Origin: a virus
IMG/VR virus record: IMGVR_UViG_3300027801_001493
Span: 1-64,000 of that record
DNA length: 64,000 bases
Direction: 5' to 3' (one strand)
Shown piece by piece: positions 18,431 through 28,442 of this stretch (within the stretch, counting starts at the first letter, position 1; every line of letters starts with the position of its first letter). The notes under the pieces are model-generated. The model did not search any database and was not told the DNA's origin. It saw nothing but the letters and a program-made list of their open reading frames with translations. Made by a program: the position numbers and the translations under genes.

Positions 18431-19182
18431 TAGGACCTCGCAGGAAGTAAGTAAGTATAAATTCCCATACCACTATCTACTTTAATTTGTAGTAAGCCTT
18501 GATTGTTGAAGCTCATAACCAACGTTGAATTGTCTCCAAGTCTCAGAATCTTTAACACAACATCTAAAGGCCATTTCCAATCTGTAGTAATCTCACCTTC
18601 AACATTATTGTCAATTAGGATCTTTGTTCTGTCACTGCCGCCATCTCCAACATGGAAGTATAAAGCACCGTTGTCTGTCTTAGGACTAAAGTTGGCTTCA
18701 TATGCCGCAAGTACTGTATTAAAGTATGTCAAGTCCTTCATCATTTTCTGTGTAGGAATAATGTTTACATCAAACTCAGCACCTTTAAACTTAATATCTT
18801 TAAGTTGTTGGTTAATAACATCTGCTAACATGAATCTATAATGTGCATCTGTACCAGTTGCACTAACAAACTCTACTTCAGTAGGAACTATTTCACCATT
18901 CCTGTCTTGTGTCTGTACATTAACAGTTGCCGCATCATCATCAAAGTCTGGATACTGCAAGTAACCTTTTAGTACACCCATTCTTGATAACCCAACAGTT
19001 GAATCAATAAAGTCTGGAACAGGATTGTTCATGATACCTTTAAGGATAACTGTTTTGTCAGCATCAACAGTCTCAATCTCAGTTGTCTCTGCTGTGCCTT
19101 TAATCTTTACCATTTCATAAATGCCTAAGTCATGTGTATGACGAATAACATCTTTCATAGTATCTTTAATATAATTATTCAT
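18430..19182 (-). CDS. DNA polymerase sliding clamp (gp45/PCNA-like)
   Basis: 250 aa, adjacent to polymerase; resembles jumbo-phage clamp family (from memory). Confidence 0.6.
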   Translation of the reverse strand: MNNYIKDTMKDVIRHTHDLGIYEMVKIKGTAETTEIETVDADKTVILKGIMNNPVPDFIDSTVGLSRMGVLKGYLQYPDFDDDAATVNVQTQDRNGEIVPTEVEFVSATGTDAHYRFMLADVINQQLKDIKFKGAEFDVNIIPTQKMMKDLTYFNTVLAAYEANFSPKTDNGALYFHVGDGGSDRTKILIDNNVEGEITTDWKWPLDVVLKILRLGDNSTLVMSFNNQGLLQIKVDSGMGIYTYLLPARS

Positions 19183-19211
19183 AATTTCTCCGATAGAATA
19201 TTCTTTTAAGT

Positions 19212-19240
19212 ATTATACACTTGTTATTTAGATAAGTCAA
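19212..19240 (-). promoter_or_regulatory. sigma70 promoter
   Basis: TTGACT-N17-TATAAT. Confidence 0.75.
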
Positions 19241-19479
19241 GTATTTTTTACCGTTTTTCTTTGATTTCTTTTATCAAAATACAACCTTGTATAAGTTTTT
19301 CTAACAATAGCAAAGGTTGTAAATACTATTGTTAAAAAGACCGAAGTCTCAAATATTGTTAGTTCTCCCCAATATGCTATGTTCAGTAGCAATATGTTCA
19401 GTGGAAAGTTAATCAGTAGAGCTAATCCTGTATCGATTGTAGACTCCTTGAATGCTTGTTTCTTATCATATGTCATCAA
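19237..19479 (-). CDS. small two-TM membrane protein
   Basis: ORF track; hydrophobic helices. Confidence 0.65.
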   Translation of the reverse strand: MMTYDKKQAFKESTIDTGLALLINFPLNILLLNIAYWGELTIFETSVFLTIVFTTFAIVRKTYTRLYFDKRNQRKTVKNT

Positions 19480-22172
19480 AATTCAAAGAACGCATCTAAA
19501 GTTTCTGCATTGTTGGCTCTATTCAGATCCCAATTCATAACTCCTAATACGTTTCCTATTTTCTTATCTAATACTGCGGCTTCCATGGCATCCTCATCAA
19601 ACGGTAAGTCTTTAAACCATTGTGGTATCTTTAACTCATCTGTAGGATAAGCGATACTGGCATAGTTCATAGCATTGTTCTTTAATCTACACACTACAAC
19701 TTTTGCACCATCCATTATACTTAAACTATAGTTGTCGCTGTTAGCAAACTTCATGTTGTTGTAATTAATACTTGCTCTAACATGTCCTGGAATCATTTTA
19801 TTTTCTTTCTCACCTTTCAATGCATCTAACTTATGTAATGTTATGCTTGGCCCAGGACCTTTAATTTGATTGTTGAGCTTGTTAGTGTACTTGGTCAAGT
19901 TATTAACACGTTTAGGCATACCTTTCTTCCAAGGATCTAATGACTTGAAGTCTGCTTTAAAGTCTTTAATCATTTGTATAACTTGTTCTTCACCTTCACC
20001 TTCCAATGTAGAGTCTAGTATTTCTTCTAGGAAGTCTTGTACAAACTCTGGAGTATCACTACGTTTGATATCCATTCCCATTATTTTTAGTTTACCACCC
20101 TCTGGTTGATATCCTTCTATGTCTAAACATTTGATAGCATATCTTTTCTTAGTAATAAACAATCCTGACTTACCAACTACTTCTCTACCTGCTTTAATAA
20201 TACTACCTAATGCCATTGGACAATTAAAGTCCTTGTACATAAAGTCAGGGAACGTATCTGAAACTTGGTCACTGATACGGTCATACAGTTTGATTGCTCC
20301 GTCCATATCTAAGGACATATCATCTGGCATAGCCGGTGTGGCTGTGAAATACACAGAGTCTGTATCGCCATAAATCATGCATTCACCTGTATGATCGTAA
20401 CTTCCTGTGAGCAACTCATTCACTTTTGCTCCCATGTGGCGAGTGATTCGCCTACCCGTCAAAGTTGTACTTTGACCAATTCGTTTATCGAAGAACCTAC
20501 AGCCTGGATTCAATACCGCACCATATAAACTGTTCAGGTTAATCTTTTTAACTAACTGTCTCTTATCCCAAAATGCTATATCTTCTGGAGTTGTAGCGGC
20601 TTTCTTCTTAGCCTGCAACTCTTGTCGTTCCTTATACCAACGTTCAAGTAAGCCTGGAATAACTCCTGCTACATCTGTTTTAAATATTGTGCCGTTACTA
20701 CTAATGCACCAAGGTTGTCCGCTGTTGAATATCAAGTTATAAACATCTGCTCCAGTAACATCTAGTTCGGAACCATCTTCCATATCTAACTTCATTACAT
20801 GGTTAACATCTTTGTCCATTACCATTTCATATTCGTTAGTACCAAACTTACCTAACCAAGCATCTGCAAAGGACATCTTCTCTAACTTAATTTTGTTTGT
20901 TAGTTCTTCTTCTGTGTAGTCTTGCCTTAACTGTCCTACAATAGTTTCCTGTGCCATATTTAATGCACGGAACACACTAGGGTATAGGGAGTTAATATCC
21001 ATTGAGCCTATCCATTCATGGAATCCTTTCTTAGGAGTTGCCACAAAGGCACCAGCCGCCGCTGTACTAGTTGGGTCAGGCTTACTACGTTTTCTATCTG
21101 GAACACACATGCCACGTCTATGTGCTTCGTTAATGATTGCTTGTTCAGTAGTTGCTACAGCACCCATTGTAGTAAATAGTAATACAGTATTGTCATGTGC
21201 AATAGTATTAGCAAGGTCAATGAACTGTAACTTCGTATCCATGTTAGCAATCAACATAACATCTTGTATGTTATATTCTAAAAACTTGTGGAAGTCATGA
21301 TTATATAATCTATCTAGACTTCCTTCATAGGCTACTTTCTTTTCACCTAACTCCATCTCACCAATAAAGTCTAACCTATAACTGTGTCGTTCTTCATAGT
21401 TGAACTTTCTATACAGTTGCATGTAATCTAAATGCACTCTACCTATCAAGTCATAACTCTGTCTTTCACTACCAAAGTTATCATAAGTTCGTTCTTTAGG
21501 GAATTGGTCAAACAGACAAAACTTTCTAGTCTCTGCTTTACCTAAGACTTTTATAGTTCTATTAACTGTATAAGGAATATCATAACCTTCACTGTTCCAG
21601 CCACTAAGTATGTCTGCATCATCTATTAGTTGTAGGAATGTTTTAATCATCTGTGCTTCATCTCTGAACAACATGACTTCTGGTAATGGCTTTGCAATCT
21701 CTTGTGCTTGTTCCCAACTTAATGTCTTAGGTGGTACTGCCAAACATACCATAGCATCCATCCAATCTAAATAAACACCAATAGCAGTAATAGGCATGAA
21801 TGCATCTTCAGGTGAACTAAATCCTCTAATAGGATCAAAGTCTACCTCAATATCAAAAAATGCTGTATGCAGTTTAGGTTGGTCTACACCTAGGTAATGT
21901 TTTGCTAACGTTTTGTTTACAGGCTTAATGTCAGTTTCATATAACTGTCCACTTGCTCTGTTAATTGCTACGTTCTTTTTGAAGTCTTTGTTGTTTCTAC
22001 AAACTACTTCTGATACAGGATCACCATACACACTTCTGGATCTACCCTTAGGGTCTGCATAATAGAAATTGTATTCTGGTTTGTGCTGAACTAATACACG
22101 TTTACCATTTATCCGTTCGGATACATGTATAATGTCTTTAGTCCTGTCGTGGAATGCGTCTACATAACTCAC
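19476..22172 (-). CDS. family B DNA polymerase (gp43-like)
   Basis: FDIEV exo motif, DINSLYPS, KINLNSLYG, YGDTDS, KKRY. Confidence 0.97.
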   Translation of the reverse strand: MSYVDAFHDRTKDIIHVSERINGKRVLVQHKPEYNFYYADPKGRSRSVYGDPVSEVVCRNNKDFKKNVAINRASGQLYETDIKPVNKTLAKHYLGVDQPKLHTAFFDIEVDFDPIRGFSSPEDAFMPITAIGVYLDWMDAMVCLAVPPKTLSWEQAQEIAKPLPEVMLFRDEAQMIKTFLQLIDDADILSGWNSEGYDIPYTVNRTIKVLGKAETRKFCLFDQFPKERTYDNFGSERQSYDLIGRVHLDYMQLYRKFNYEERHSYRLDFIGEMELGEKKVAYEGSLDRLYNHDFHKFLEYNIQDVMLIANMDTKLQFIDLANTIAHDNTVLLFTTMGAVATTEQAIINEAHRRGMCVPDRKRSKPDPTSTAAAGAFVATPKKGFHEWIGSMDINSLYPSVFRALNMAQETIVGQLRQDYTEEELTNKIKLEKMSFADAWLGKFGTNEYEMVMDKDVNHVMKLDMEDGSELDVTGADVYNLIFNSGQPWCISSNGTIFKTDVAGVIPGLLERWYKERQELQAKKKAATTPEDIAFWDKRQLVKKINLNSLYGAVLNPGCRFFDKRIGQSTTLTGRRITRHMGAKVNELLTGSYDHTGECMIYGDTDSVYFTATPAMPDDMSLDMDGAIKLYDRISDQVSDTFPDFMYKDFNCPMALGSIIKAGREVVGKSGLFITKKRYAIKCLDIEGYQPEGGKLKIMGMDIKRSDTPEFVQDFLEEILDSTLEGEGEEQVIQMIKDFKADFKSLDPWKKGMPKRVNNLTKYTNKLNNQIKGPGPSITLHKLDALKGEKENKMIPGHVRASINYNNMKFANSDNYSLSIMDGAKVVVCRLKNNAMNYASIAYPTDELKIPQWFKDLPFDEDAMEAAVLDKKIGNVLGVMNWDLNRANNAETLDAFFEF

Positions 22173-22197
22173 TAATTACTTCTCCTAAACGTGTGAA

Positions 22198-22464
22198 CTA
22201 AAGTTGATCTTTGCCGACTGCCGCTAAAATTGTTTCTAGCTCGTCGAATTTATCTGATTCTTCTCCAAAGTTTGCCTTGTGAGCTACTTTAATTGCTTTG
22301 TTTAGGATTGCAGGCTTAATTTCCATCTCTTCTGCTATTGCTTTGACGGTTTCTCTAAGTCCTGTTTGTAATGCGTCTACCTCGTATAATACTTGGTCGC
22401 CTTCTTGAATGAGTCTTTTAAGTCTTCCGACTTCTTCTGTGTTGAATGTTTTGTTAAATGCCAT
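22198..22464 (-). CDS. T4 DsbA-like dsDNA-binding protein
   Basis: 88 aa, helical, L+E.+K.I.EEM.I...LNK.I...HK pattern. Confidence 0.55.
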   Translation of the reverse strand: MAFNKTFNTEEVGRLKRLIQEGDQVLYEVDALQTGLRETVKAIAEEMEIKPAILNKAIKVAHKANFGEESDKFDELETILAAVGKDQL

Positions 22465-22513
22465 GTTGCCCTCTGTGTATTGCTGTGTAAAATATATTTA
22501 TGTTAGTTTAAGT

Positions 22514-22542
22514 ATTATATATTCAAATCCTGAATAAGTCAA
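22514..22542 (-). promoter_or_regulatory. sigma70 promoter
   Basis: TTGACT-N17-TATAAT. Confidence 0.75.
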
Positions 22543-22549
22543 TAAAAAA

Positions 22550-22557
22550 GATAAATA
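22550..22557 (+). promoter_or_regulatory. putative late promoter GATAAATA
   Basis: Heads the + strand island, back to back with the sigma70 promoter. Confidence 0.55.
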
Positions 22558-22582
22558 CACTATATACACAGGAGATAGCAAG

Positions 22583-22882
22583 ATGACAGATGTAGAAAAG
22601 AAAATAGTACAAATAGAACTAGAAGTAGACACAACTCTTGTTGATAGTAGTAAAAATAAATATCAACCATGGATTGACTTAGCAAAGGCAATAGATGCCT
22701 GGAGAATTTTCCCAAGAGCATTCCTAAGTGTATACATATTTTTGTTGTATTACTCAGTAATGTGGTTTATGGAACTAGAAAGTCCTAGCCTAGAGCAATC
22801 AGGATTGATAAGTATTATAGTAGGAGCAGGTGCGGCATGGTTCGGACTGTATGCAGGAACAAGTAAAAAAGACGGTGGATAA
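22583..22882 (+). CDS. two-TM membrane protein
   Basis: ORF with GGAG SD; DAWRIFPR, two TM helices. Confidence 0.75.
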   Translation: MTDVEKKIVQIELEVDTTLVDSSKNKYQPWIDLAKAIDAWRIFPRAFLSVYIFLLYYSVMWFMELESPSLEQSGLISIIVGAGAAWFGLYAGTSKKDGG

Positions 22883-22888
22883 TAAATT

Positions 22889-23203
22889 ATGGCATTTGTA
22901 AAGAATTTTGTTCGATGGAACACAAGAGAAGAAATCGAGGAGGATGATATCATAGAGTATTTTGATATTGTTCAAAGTGTTTGTGCGAGTAAAATTGTTA
23001 AAGGTATTACAGACGATGCAAAGAAAGTTGCAATTGATGTAGTAATTTATACAGATGAAGATGAAACCGGCACTATTTTTATTCACGAGATTGTGCTAGA
23101 TGAAGAAATAGATGAAATCGAAGGTAATGCTATATCAGATGAACTAGCACTAACGTTTCCAGACTTGGAGAACTTTACTTTCGAAGCCTCTATAGAAATA
23201 TAG
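22889..23203 (+). CDS. acidic hypothetical protein
   Basis: ORF track. Confidence 0.7.
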   Translation: MAFVKNFVRWNTREEIEEDDIIEYFDIVQSVCASKIVKGITDDAKKVAIDVVIYTDEDETGTIFIHEIVLDEEIDEIEGNAISDELALTFPDLENFTFEASIEI

Positions 23204-23204
23204 C

Positions 23205-23999
23205 ATGGCTAGAGACTTAGACGGCATTCCGTTTCACCCTTCGGAATATAATCCAGACTTTCCCAGACTTAAATGTAAACAATGTGGACTAATGAATAGT
23301 TGTTCACACGGTCAAATAGATATGGAACCATGGTACCCAAGACTACCAATACTTATTGAAGGCGGTATGGTAGAAAGTATAGATGATTTCACACTATCCG
23401 AATACACCGAATGGAGTTTACAAGCAATAGTAGACTCAGAAATAAACAAAACCAACGGCATGATTGTAATGCAAAACTTTATACATCCAGTTCTTTACAC
23501 TAGATGCATAGATCATTGGCCCACAGAGATGGACACAATAGATGTTGAAGGTAGATATCAAAAGGATATGTTTTGTAATACTGTATTTGCTACACTATTC
23601 CAAAAGATATTTGACGATGAATATATTAAATGTGCAATAGCAGATAAGTTTGGTTTACAAGAAGAATATAAAGCAGACTGCTGGCTCTGGCAAGACACAG
23701 AAAAGTTTACAGTAAATGATGTGCATGTAGATTACAAAGAGTTTGACGTAACATTTGGCTTATACATGCCACAGGACAATTCTATTACACAATACGGCAC
23801 ACAATTTTGGAGTCCAAACTGTGAGGCAGACATGGAAGTAAGTTTGGTTAGAGAAGATTGTACACTAATAAAACAATTGCCTTTCCAACATAATCTATGT
23901 TATGTTATGCCTAGAAGTAAATACAGTTGGCACTCTAGTCCAATATTAGATAAACCTATGACGAGGAATCATGTTTACGGATATTATAAAACAGTTTGA
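23205..23999 (+). CDS. 2OG-Fe(II) oxygenase-like protein with N-terminal Cys cluster
   Basis: HVD...WHSS (HxD...H), GTQFW, LPF..N; N-terminal CKQC...CSH. Confidence 0.65.
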   Translation: MARDLDGIPFHPSEYNPDFPRLKCKQCGLMNSCSHGQIDMEPWYPRLPILIEGGMVESIDDFTLSEYTEWSLQAIVDSEINKTNGMIVMQNFIHPVLYTRCIDHWPTEMDTIDVEGRYQKDMFCNTVFATLFQKIFDDEYIKCAIADKFGLQEEYKADCWLWQDTEKFTVNDVHVDYKEFDVTFGLYMPQDNSITQYGTQFWSPNCEADMEVSLVREDCTLIKQLPFQHNLCYVMPRSKYSWHSSPILDKPMTRNHVYGYYKTV

Positions 24000-24642
24000 A
24001 TCTATAACAGACTCAGTTAAACAATCTGAACTACAGGAAGTTCCGTTCAGACATTTGTTTATAAGAGAAGTTATATCATATGATGCATACAGAAGTATCA
24101 CAGAACTAAATGCACACAATGATTTAGAGATGTCTGACTTGCATGGTAGAAAAGAATACAGAATTATAGATAACAATGATGCATGGATATGGGAAGAAGA
24201 AAGCAATAAACTATTCCAAGAGCTATGTAAGAAATTTAGACTAGGTAAAGTAACAGACGAACAAGTTGGTTGTACTGCTACGTTCTGGGAAGACTCGGAG
24301 CAATTTACTATAACAGACATACACACAGATGCATTCTACGATACAGACTTAACTATTAGTTGTCAAATATATTTGCCAAATGATGAAAGTCAAATCAATC
24401 TAGGCACAAAGTTATATAGATATGTTGGAGACAATATAGAAGAAGATGCTAATCAGGACGAAGGTACTAAGTATCCACACCAAGCAAGACATGATAAACT
24501 AGATAAGTTTGAACATAGTAGAAGTGTACCTTTCCAACCTAACAGTATGTTCTGTACTGTGAACTCTAAAGACAGTTGGCATCAAGCACCTGTGATTACA
24601 CAAGGTGTAAGAAAGAGTTTAATGCTTAGGTTTAAAGTATAA
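23971..24642 (+). CDS. 2OG-Fe(II) oxygenase-like protein
   Basis: HTD...WHQ...RKSL, GTKLY, VPFQPN. Confidence 0.72.
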   Translation: MFTDIIKQFESITDSVKQSELQEVPFRHLFIREVISYDAYRSITELNAHNDLEMSDLHGRKEYRIIDNNDAWIWEEESNKLFQELCKKFRLGKVTDEQVGCTATFWEDSEQFTITDIHTDAFYDTDLTISCQIYLPNDESQINLGTKLYRYVGDNIEEDANQDEGTKYPHQARHDKLDKFEHSRSVPFQPNSMFCTVNSKDSWHQAPVITQGVRKSLMLRFKV

Positions 24643-25382
24643 TGTTATTAGTTGGCGGAGATAGTTTTGCAGAGTTCCCGTCAGATCCGCAACATGAAGG
24701 CAAGGGTTTAGGTGTTCACTTTCTACATTGGGCACAAATTATAAGTAATAGTAATGCTAAAGCCACAGGACGAGGTGGATATGATTTAGGATTTAGTTCT
24801 CTAGAGACATTGTCAGAACTATATAAAAACAATTACAGTCATTGTATATTCTTTATAACAGACTTTCTTAGAACATCTCAACAATTAGTAAACGACAACT
24901 TAGCAATATTAAATAAACTATCTACTGGTCATCTTACTACAGACGAATTTTACTCCAACACAATCACCGATCCCTCCACAGTCGCTACAGGTAGGTATGA
25001 AAGTCTACAACCAGTTAACGATTTATCATTTTCATCTTTAGGGATTATGAAACCAATAACAGATGATAATAAAATTCATAACTATTTAAAATTACAGCCT
25101 GACTTTGAATACATGCATACTAGACTTGGCTATATTAGTTTACTTAAAAATTATTGCAACAATAATAATATAAAAATATTGTTTGTTTGTCCTTTTATGA
25201 ATGATGAACGTATCAATGATATACAAAAATTCTTACAAATAAACGTATTTGATATATTCCCTAATGGAAAGACAGAGCTATTTGGATCTGAAAGTTTTAA
25301 AAATAATATATCACATTTTAATGAAGAACAACATATAGAGTTAGCAGAAAGGTTTAGTAAAGAGTATCCAGATTGGATTTAA
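24642..25382 (+). CDS. SGNH hydrolase-like protein
   Basis: VGGDSF, GRGG, C-terminal SHF...H. Confidence 0.55.
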   Translation: MLLVGGDSFAEFPSDPQHEGKGLGVHFLHWAQIISNSNAKATGRGGYDLGFSSLETLSELYKNNYSHCIFFITDFLRTSQQLVNDNLAILNKLSTGHLTTDEFYSNTITDPSTVATGRYESLQPVNDLSFSSLGIMKPITDDNKIHNYLKLQPDFEYMHTRLGYISLLKNYCNNNNIKILFVCPFMNDERINDIQKFLQINVFDIFPNGKTELFGSESFKNNISHFNEEQHIELAERFSKEYPDWI

Positions 25383-26554
25383 CTTGCTATAGCTCTGTCA
25401 GCCATTCTACGCCAGTTAGTACCATCGTTAAATACAACAGTTGCACCACCAGTTTCATCTACACATAATGCTAAGTCACCTGCCGCTACTGAACTAGGTA
25501 AACTTGCTACTGTATAATTAGGTAGTTGAGGTAAGCCACTATCTGTTTGTAGATATCCTGTGTCGCTAAAGTCTGAGCCAAGAGTTGCTACAGTTCCAAA
25601 GTCGCTTGTTACAGTTGTAGAGTTTGCAATCGTATCGTAATCAGTTAAAGCACCAAATGATATTGCTGTAACTCTAGCAACATTTTCTGTACTTGCACTA
25701 GCACCACTCCAAGTAAATATACCTGTTGAACTATTATACGACAGTTCGCCATCTCCATTGTCTACTAAACTTATAGAGTTTCTTGCTCTTGCACCAGTAT
25801 GATACAAGTTACTGCCTTCTGATAAGTTGTCTGTGCTATGGTTAGCAATACTTGATACTGTACCAGTTAATGCTCCACTTGAAACATCTAATACTGTTGA
25901 ACCACTATGCTTAACATCACCTGTAACGTCTCCAGTTACATCTGAAACTATACCATTACTAAATGTTTTAACACCAGCAAAAGATTCAGTGCCTGTTGTA
26001 TGCATTATAGATGAAGAGTTAGCAAGTTCTGTTTCTATGAATGCTGTTATTCTACCTGTTGTGGCAATCTCACTATCATTGTCATTCCATGTTTCTGAGG
26101 TAGTTACATACTGACTTGAAGCAAAGTCTTCTATACCTATTGCACCAGACAATACCAAGTCACCACTTGCATTAGGTAATCTAATGTTCCTATCAGCAGT
26201 TGGTTCTACAGTTGTTAAGGTAATTTCATGTGCGTCTGCAGTTGCTCCTTCAAACACCATAGCGTTTTGTACTTCTACTACTGTTGAATCTATAGTTGTA
26301 GTTGTACCTTCAACTGTTAAGTTTCCTGTAACAGTTAAGTCGCCAAAGTTTTCTGTAATGATTTTGTTCCAAGTAACAGAACTTCCAACTTTCGTTGCAA
26401 TTTTTGTTTCATTATTGGATATATCAAACCAAAGGTCACCTGTAGTGACATCATTAGTTGCTGGTGTTGTAGTAGCGCCAAAGACTTTCGCACCTCTCTT
26501 TCCAAACTGGAATGACGAGTTCTGCGTTCCCTTGGCATTCATAAAGACTGCCAT
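25379..26554 (-). CDS. virion structural / fibre-like protein
   Basis: T/S/G-rich; GDLTVTGNLTV.GTTTT; C-terminal VFNDGTNWRR. Confidence 0.7.
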   Translation of the reverse strand: MAVFMNAKGTQNSSFQFGKRGAKVFGATTTPATNDVTTGDLWFDISNNETKIATKVGSSVTWNKIITENFGDLTVTGNLTVEGTTTTIDSTVVEVQNAMVFEGATADAHEITLTTVEPTADRNIRLPNASGDLVLSGAIGIEDFASSQYVTTSETWNDNDSEIATTGRITAFIETELANSSSIMHTTGTESFAGVKTFSNGIVSDVTGDVTGDVKHSGSTVLDVSSGALTGTVSSIANHSTDNLSEGSNLYHTGARARNSISLVDNGDGELSYNSSTGIFTWSGASASTENVARVTAISFGALTDYDTIANSTTVTSDFGTVATLGSDFSDTGYLQTDSGLPQLPNYTVASLPSSVAAGDLALCVDETGGATVVFNDGTNWRRMADRAIAS

Positions 26555-26617
26555 GTATTATTACCTCTATTCAGTTATTAAAACTGTCTAGGATTACTCC
26601 TAGTTAAAGTTATAATA

Positions 26618-27337
26618 CTATTTATCTTCTTTGGCTAGTGTAACGCGGTTACAAAAGGTCTCTTTACATTTAGAGTATTCGGACACTTCATGGCTCTTAA
26701 CAAAGGCACTAAAGTTAATATGTTGCCCTTGTGCAAGTGTTTCCTTGCCCGTAGAGTCACGATACAAGTCATAGAAGAACTTAACTATGTTATTCTCTGG
26801 TGTAAGTACTGCAACTAACATGCTGTTTGAACGATTCATATACCTAGACATAACAATTTCACCCTCGAACTTGTTACGCTTTTTAATCTCACCTTCGTAC
26901 TCAGATACTTTTCTGAGGGATCTTTCTCTTGAAGACCAGTCATCATGCTTAACATTGTTTCTAAACACACCAGGCAATGAACCAACAATAGGAAGCCTAT
27001 CATCCTTACCTGAGAGACTAATATCTTCTGCTTTAATTAATGCGGTGATTTTCTTCTCAAAATCTGTAAGGTCACGTTGCATAGCCTTAAAAATAAGACC
27101 TTCGAAGTATTCGATAATCTCATCGGCTTTGTCATAGTGAGTATCTTTCAAAGATACAGCGGACTTATCCGGTTCATGCAGTAAACCAAGCATCAGTTTG
27201 AAATTAGATTCAATACCTTTCTGCTGATTGGCTTCATGGGCCTTGATATATTTGTTACCTTGGAATTGGTCAACTGCCACTGCGTGAGCTACTAACTCAC
27301 GTCCAGTGAACACTTTGTTTGATTTAACAAAAGCCAT
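26618..27337 (-). CDS. hypothetical protein (possible C-terminal OB fold)
   Basis: ORF track. Confidence 0.75.
   Translation of the reverse strand: MAFVKSNKVFTGRELVAHAVAVDQFQGNKYIKAHEANQQKGIESNFKLMLGLLHEPDKSAVSLKDTHYDKADEIIEYFEGLIFKAMQRDLTDFEKKITALIKAEDISLSGKDDRLPIVGSLPGVFRNNVKHDDWSSRERSLRKVSEYEGEIKKRNKFEGEIVMSRYMNRSNSMLVAVLTPENNIVKFFYDLYRDSTGKETLAQGQHINFSAFVKSHEVSEYSKCKETFCNRVTLAKEDK
26619..26626 (-). promoter_or_regulatory. putative late promoter GATAAATA
   Basis: Upstream of structural gene 25379..26554. Confidence 0.5.
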
Positions 27338-27598
27338 TTATGATGCACTCTCAATCATTGCTAATGGAACATTGTAACGACCTTGTGGTAATTGCACAAT
27401 AGCCTTTTTAATGTTAACCTTAACAACTTCACCTAAAGTCTTTTTAGTCTTTTGAACCACATAGACTTGGTCACCAACTTGAATGCTTGATTTAGCACTT
27501 AATGTTTTAACAGAGTTGGTAAACGCACTTAGTTCGTTCAACTCAGTAAGACTAAAGTCACCGTTTTTGATTGCTTGTTTTATTTCGATTAATGTCAT
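27338..27598 (-). CDS. hypothetical protein (SH3/KOW-like C-terminus)
   Basis: IQVGDQVYV...GEVVKVNIKKA.V; GGAG SD. Confidence 0.7.
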   Translation of the reverse strand: MTLIEIKQAIKNGDFSLTELNELSAFTNSVKTLSAKSSIQVGDQVYVVQKTKKTLGEVVKVNIKKAIVQLPQGRYNVPLAMIESAS

Positions 27599-27634
27599 GT
27601 AAAACTCCTACGCTTTATTGTTTAATATGTATAT

Positions 27635-27663
27635 ATTATACCGGAATTCGTGGTAGAAGTCAA
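27635..27663 (-). promoter_or_regulatory. sigma70 promoter
   Basis: AAAAAGGTTGACT-N17-TATAAT. Confidence 0.8.
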
Positions 27664-27687
27664 CCTTTTTCTACTGATTTAGGGAGA

Positions 27688-28251
27688 TTAATCCCAAAGA
27701 TTCTCAAAATACTTGCCAAATAGCCGGAAACCGTTGCTAATACGCTCTTGGTATGCTGTACGCCCTTCCCAATCAATTTCAAATGTATCGTTAGGTCCTT
27801 TAACCATTTCACTATGACCTTTGAGTTTACCTTCAGTTATTTCAACGAATTGATGATCATGTTCGCCTGAATGGAACTGTTCTTCCCAATCGTTATGTTT
27901 GCTCTCAAAGGCAAAGATCATTTCGTCCATTACCCAATCCCAACGCTCAAAGAACTTACTATCAGTCTCACCATTTTTAGTGTATGCTGTTAGTTCTTTC
28001 TTAGTAGGACGCAACTCTGAAGGAACATCTTCAGGGTACACATAAGGGCCACCTTGCTTGGTCTCTTTGAGTTGCTTGAGCATTGGCTCAATAATATATG
28101 CAAGGGTATGATCCATGCTCCAAGTATCAAAGTCGTCTATATGCACAGATACTTTAGGTTCGTTTTTAATTCCCAACTTATACAGGAAGTTGTGATACCA
28201 ACGATGTTTTGGGTAATTTCCTATTTTAACTTTCATAATCCACTGTCCCAA
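27688..28251 (-). CDS. conserved phage hypothetical protein
   Basis: D.WSMD.TLA.II.PML, WD.VMDEMIFAF, GF.LFGKY...LWD. Confidence 0.75.
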   Translation of the reverse strand: MGQWIMKVKIGNYPKHRWYHNFLYKLGIKNEPKVSVHIDDFDTWSMDHTLAYIIEPMLKQLKETKQGGPYVYPEDVPSELRPTKKELTAYTKNGETDSKFFERWDWVMDEMIFAFESKHNDWEEQFHSGEHDHQFVEITEGKLKGHSEMVKGPNDTFEIDWEGRTAYQERISNGFRLFGKYFENLWD

Positions 28252-28442
28252 TCACCAAATACTTGTGGCGCCTGTTCAGCGGCTTGTTCCATGTAGTAAT
28301 CGCCTGGATAATGCTTTAGGCAACGATATGCTTCTTTCCTTATAGCACTTGGTACCTTAGGTGTCTTCTTAGGATCCATTAAGTCAACTAGAAATTGCCT
28401 AGTATTATTTACTGCCCATCTTCGTTCATTAGGCATTGTCAT
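28233..28442 (-). CDS. BPSL0761-like small protein
   Basis: MTMPNERRWAV...TPKVP..IR.EA..CLKHYP; start adjusted. Confidence 0.6.
   Translation of the reverse strand: MTMPNERRWAVNNTRQFLVDLMDPKKTPKVPSAIRKEAYRCLKHYPGDYYMEQAAEQAPQVFGDWDSGL

Noticed and set aside
19476-22172. Intein or intron in DNA polymerase
   Set aside because: Continuous 898-aa ORF with normal motif spacing.
22583-22882. Holin call
   Set aside because: Two TM helices only; no adjacent endolysin.
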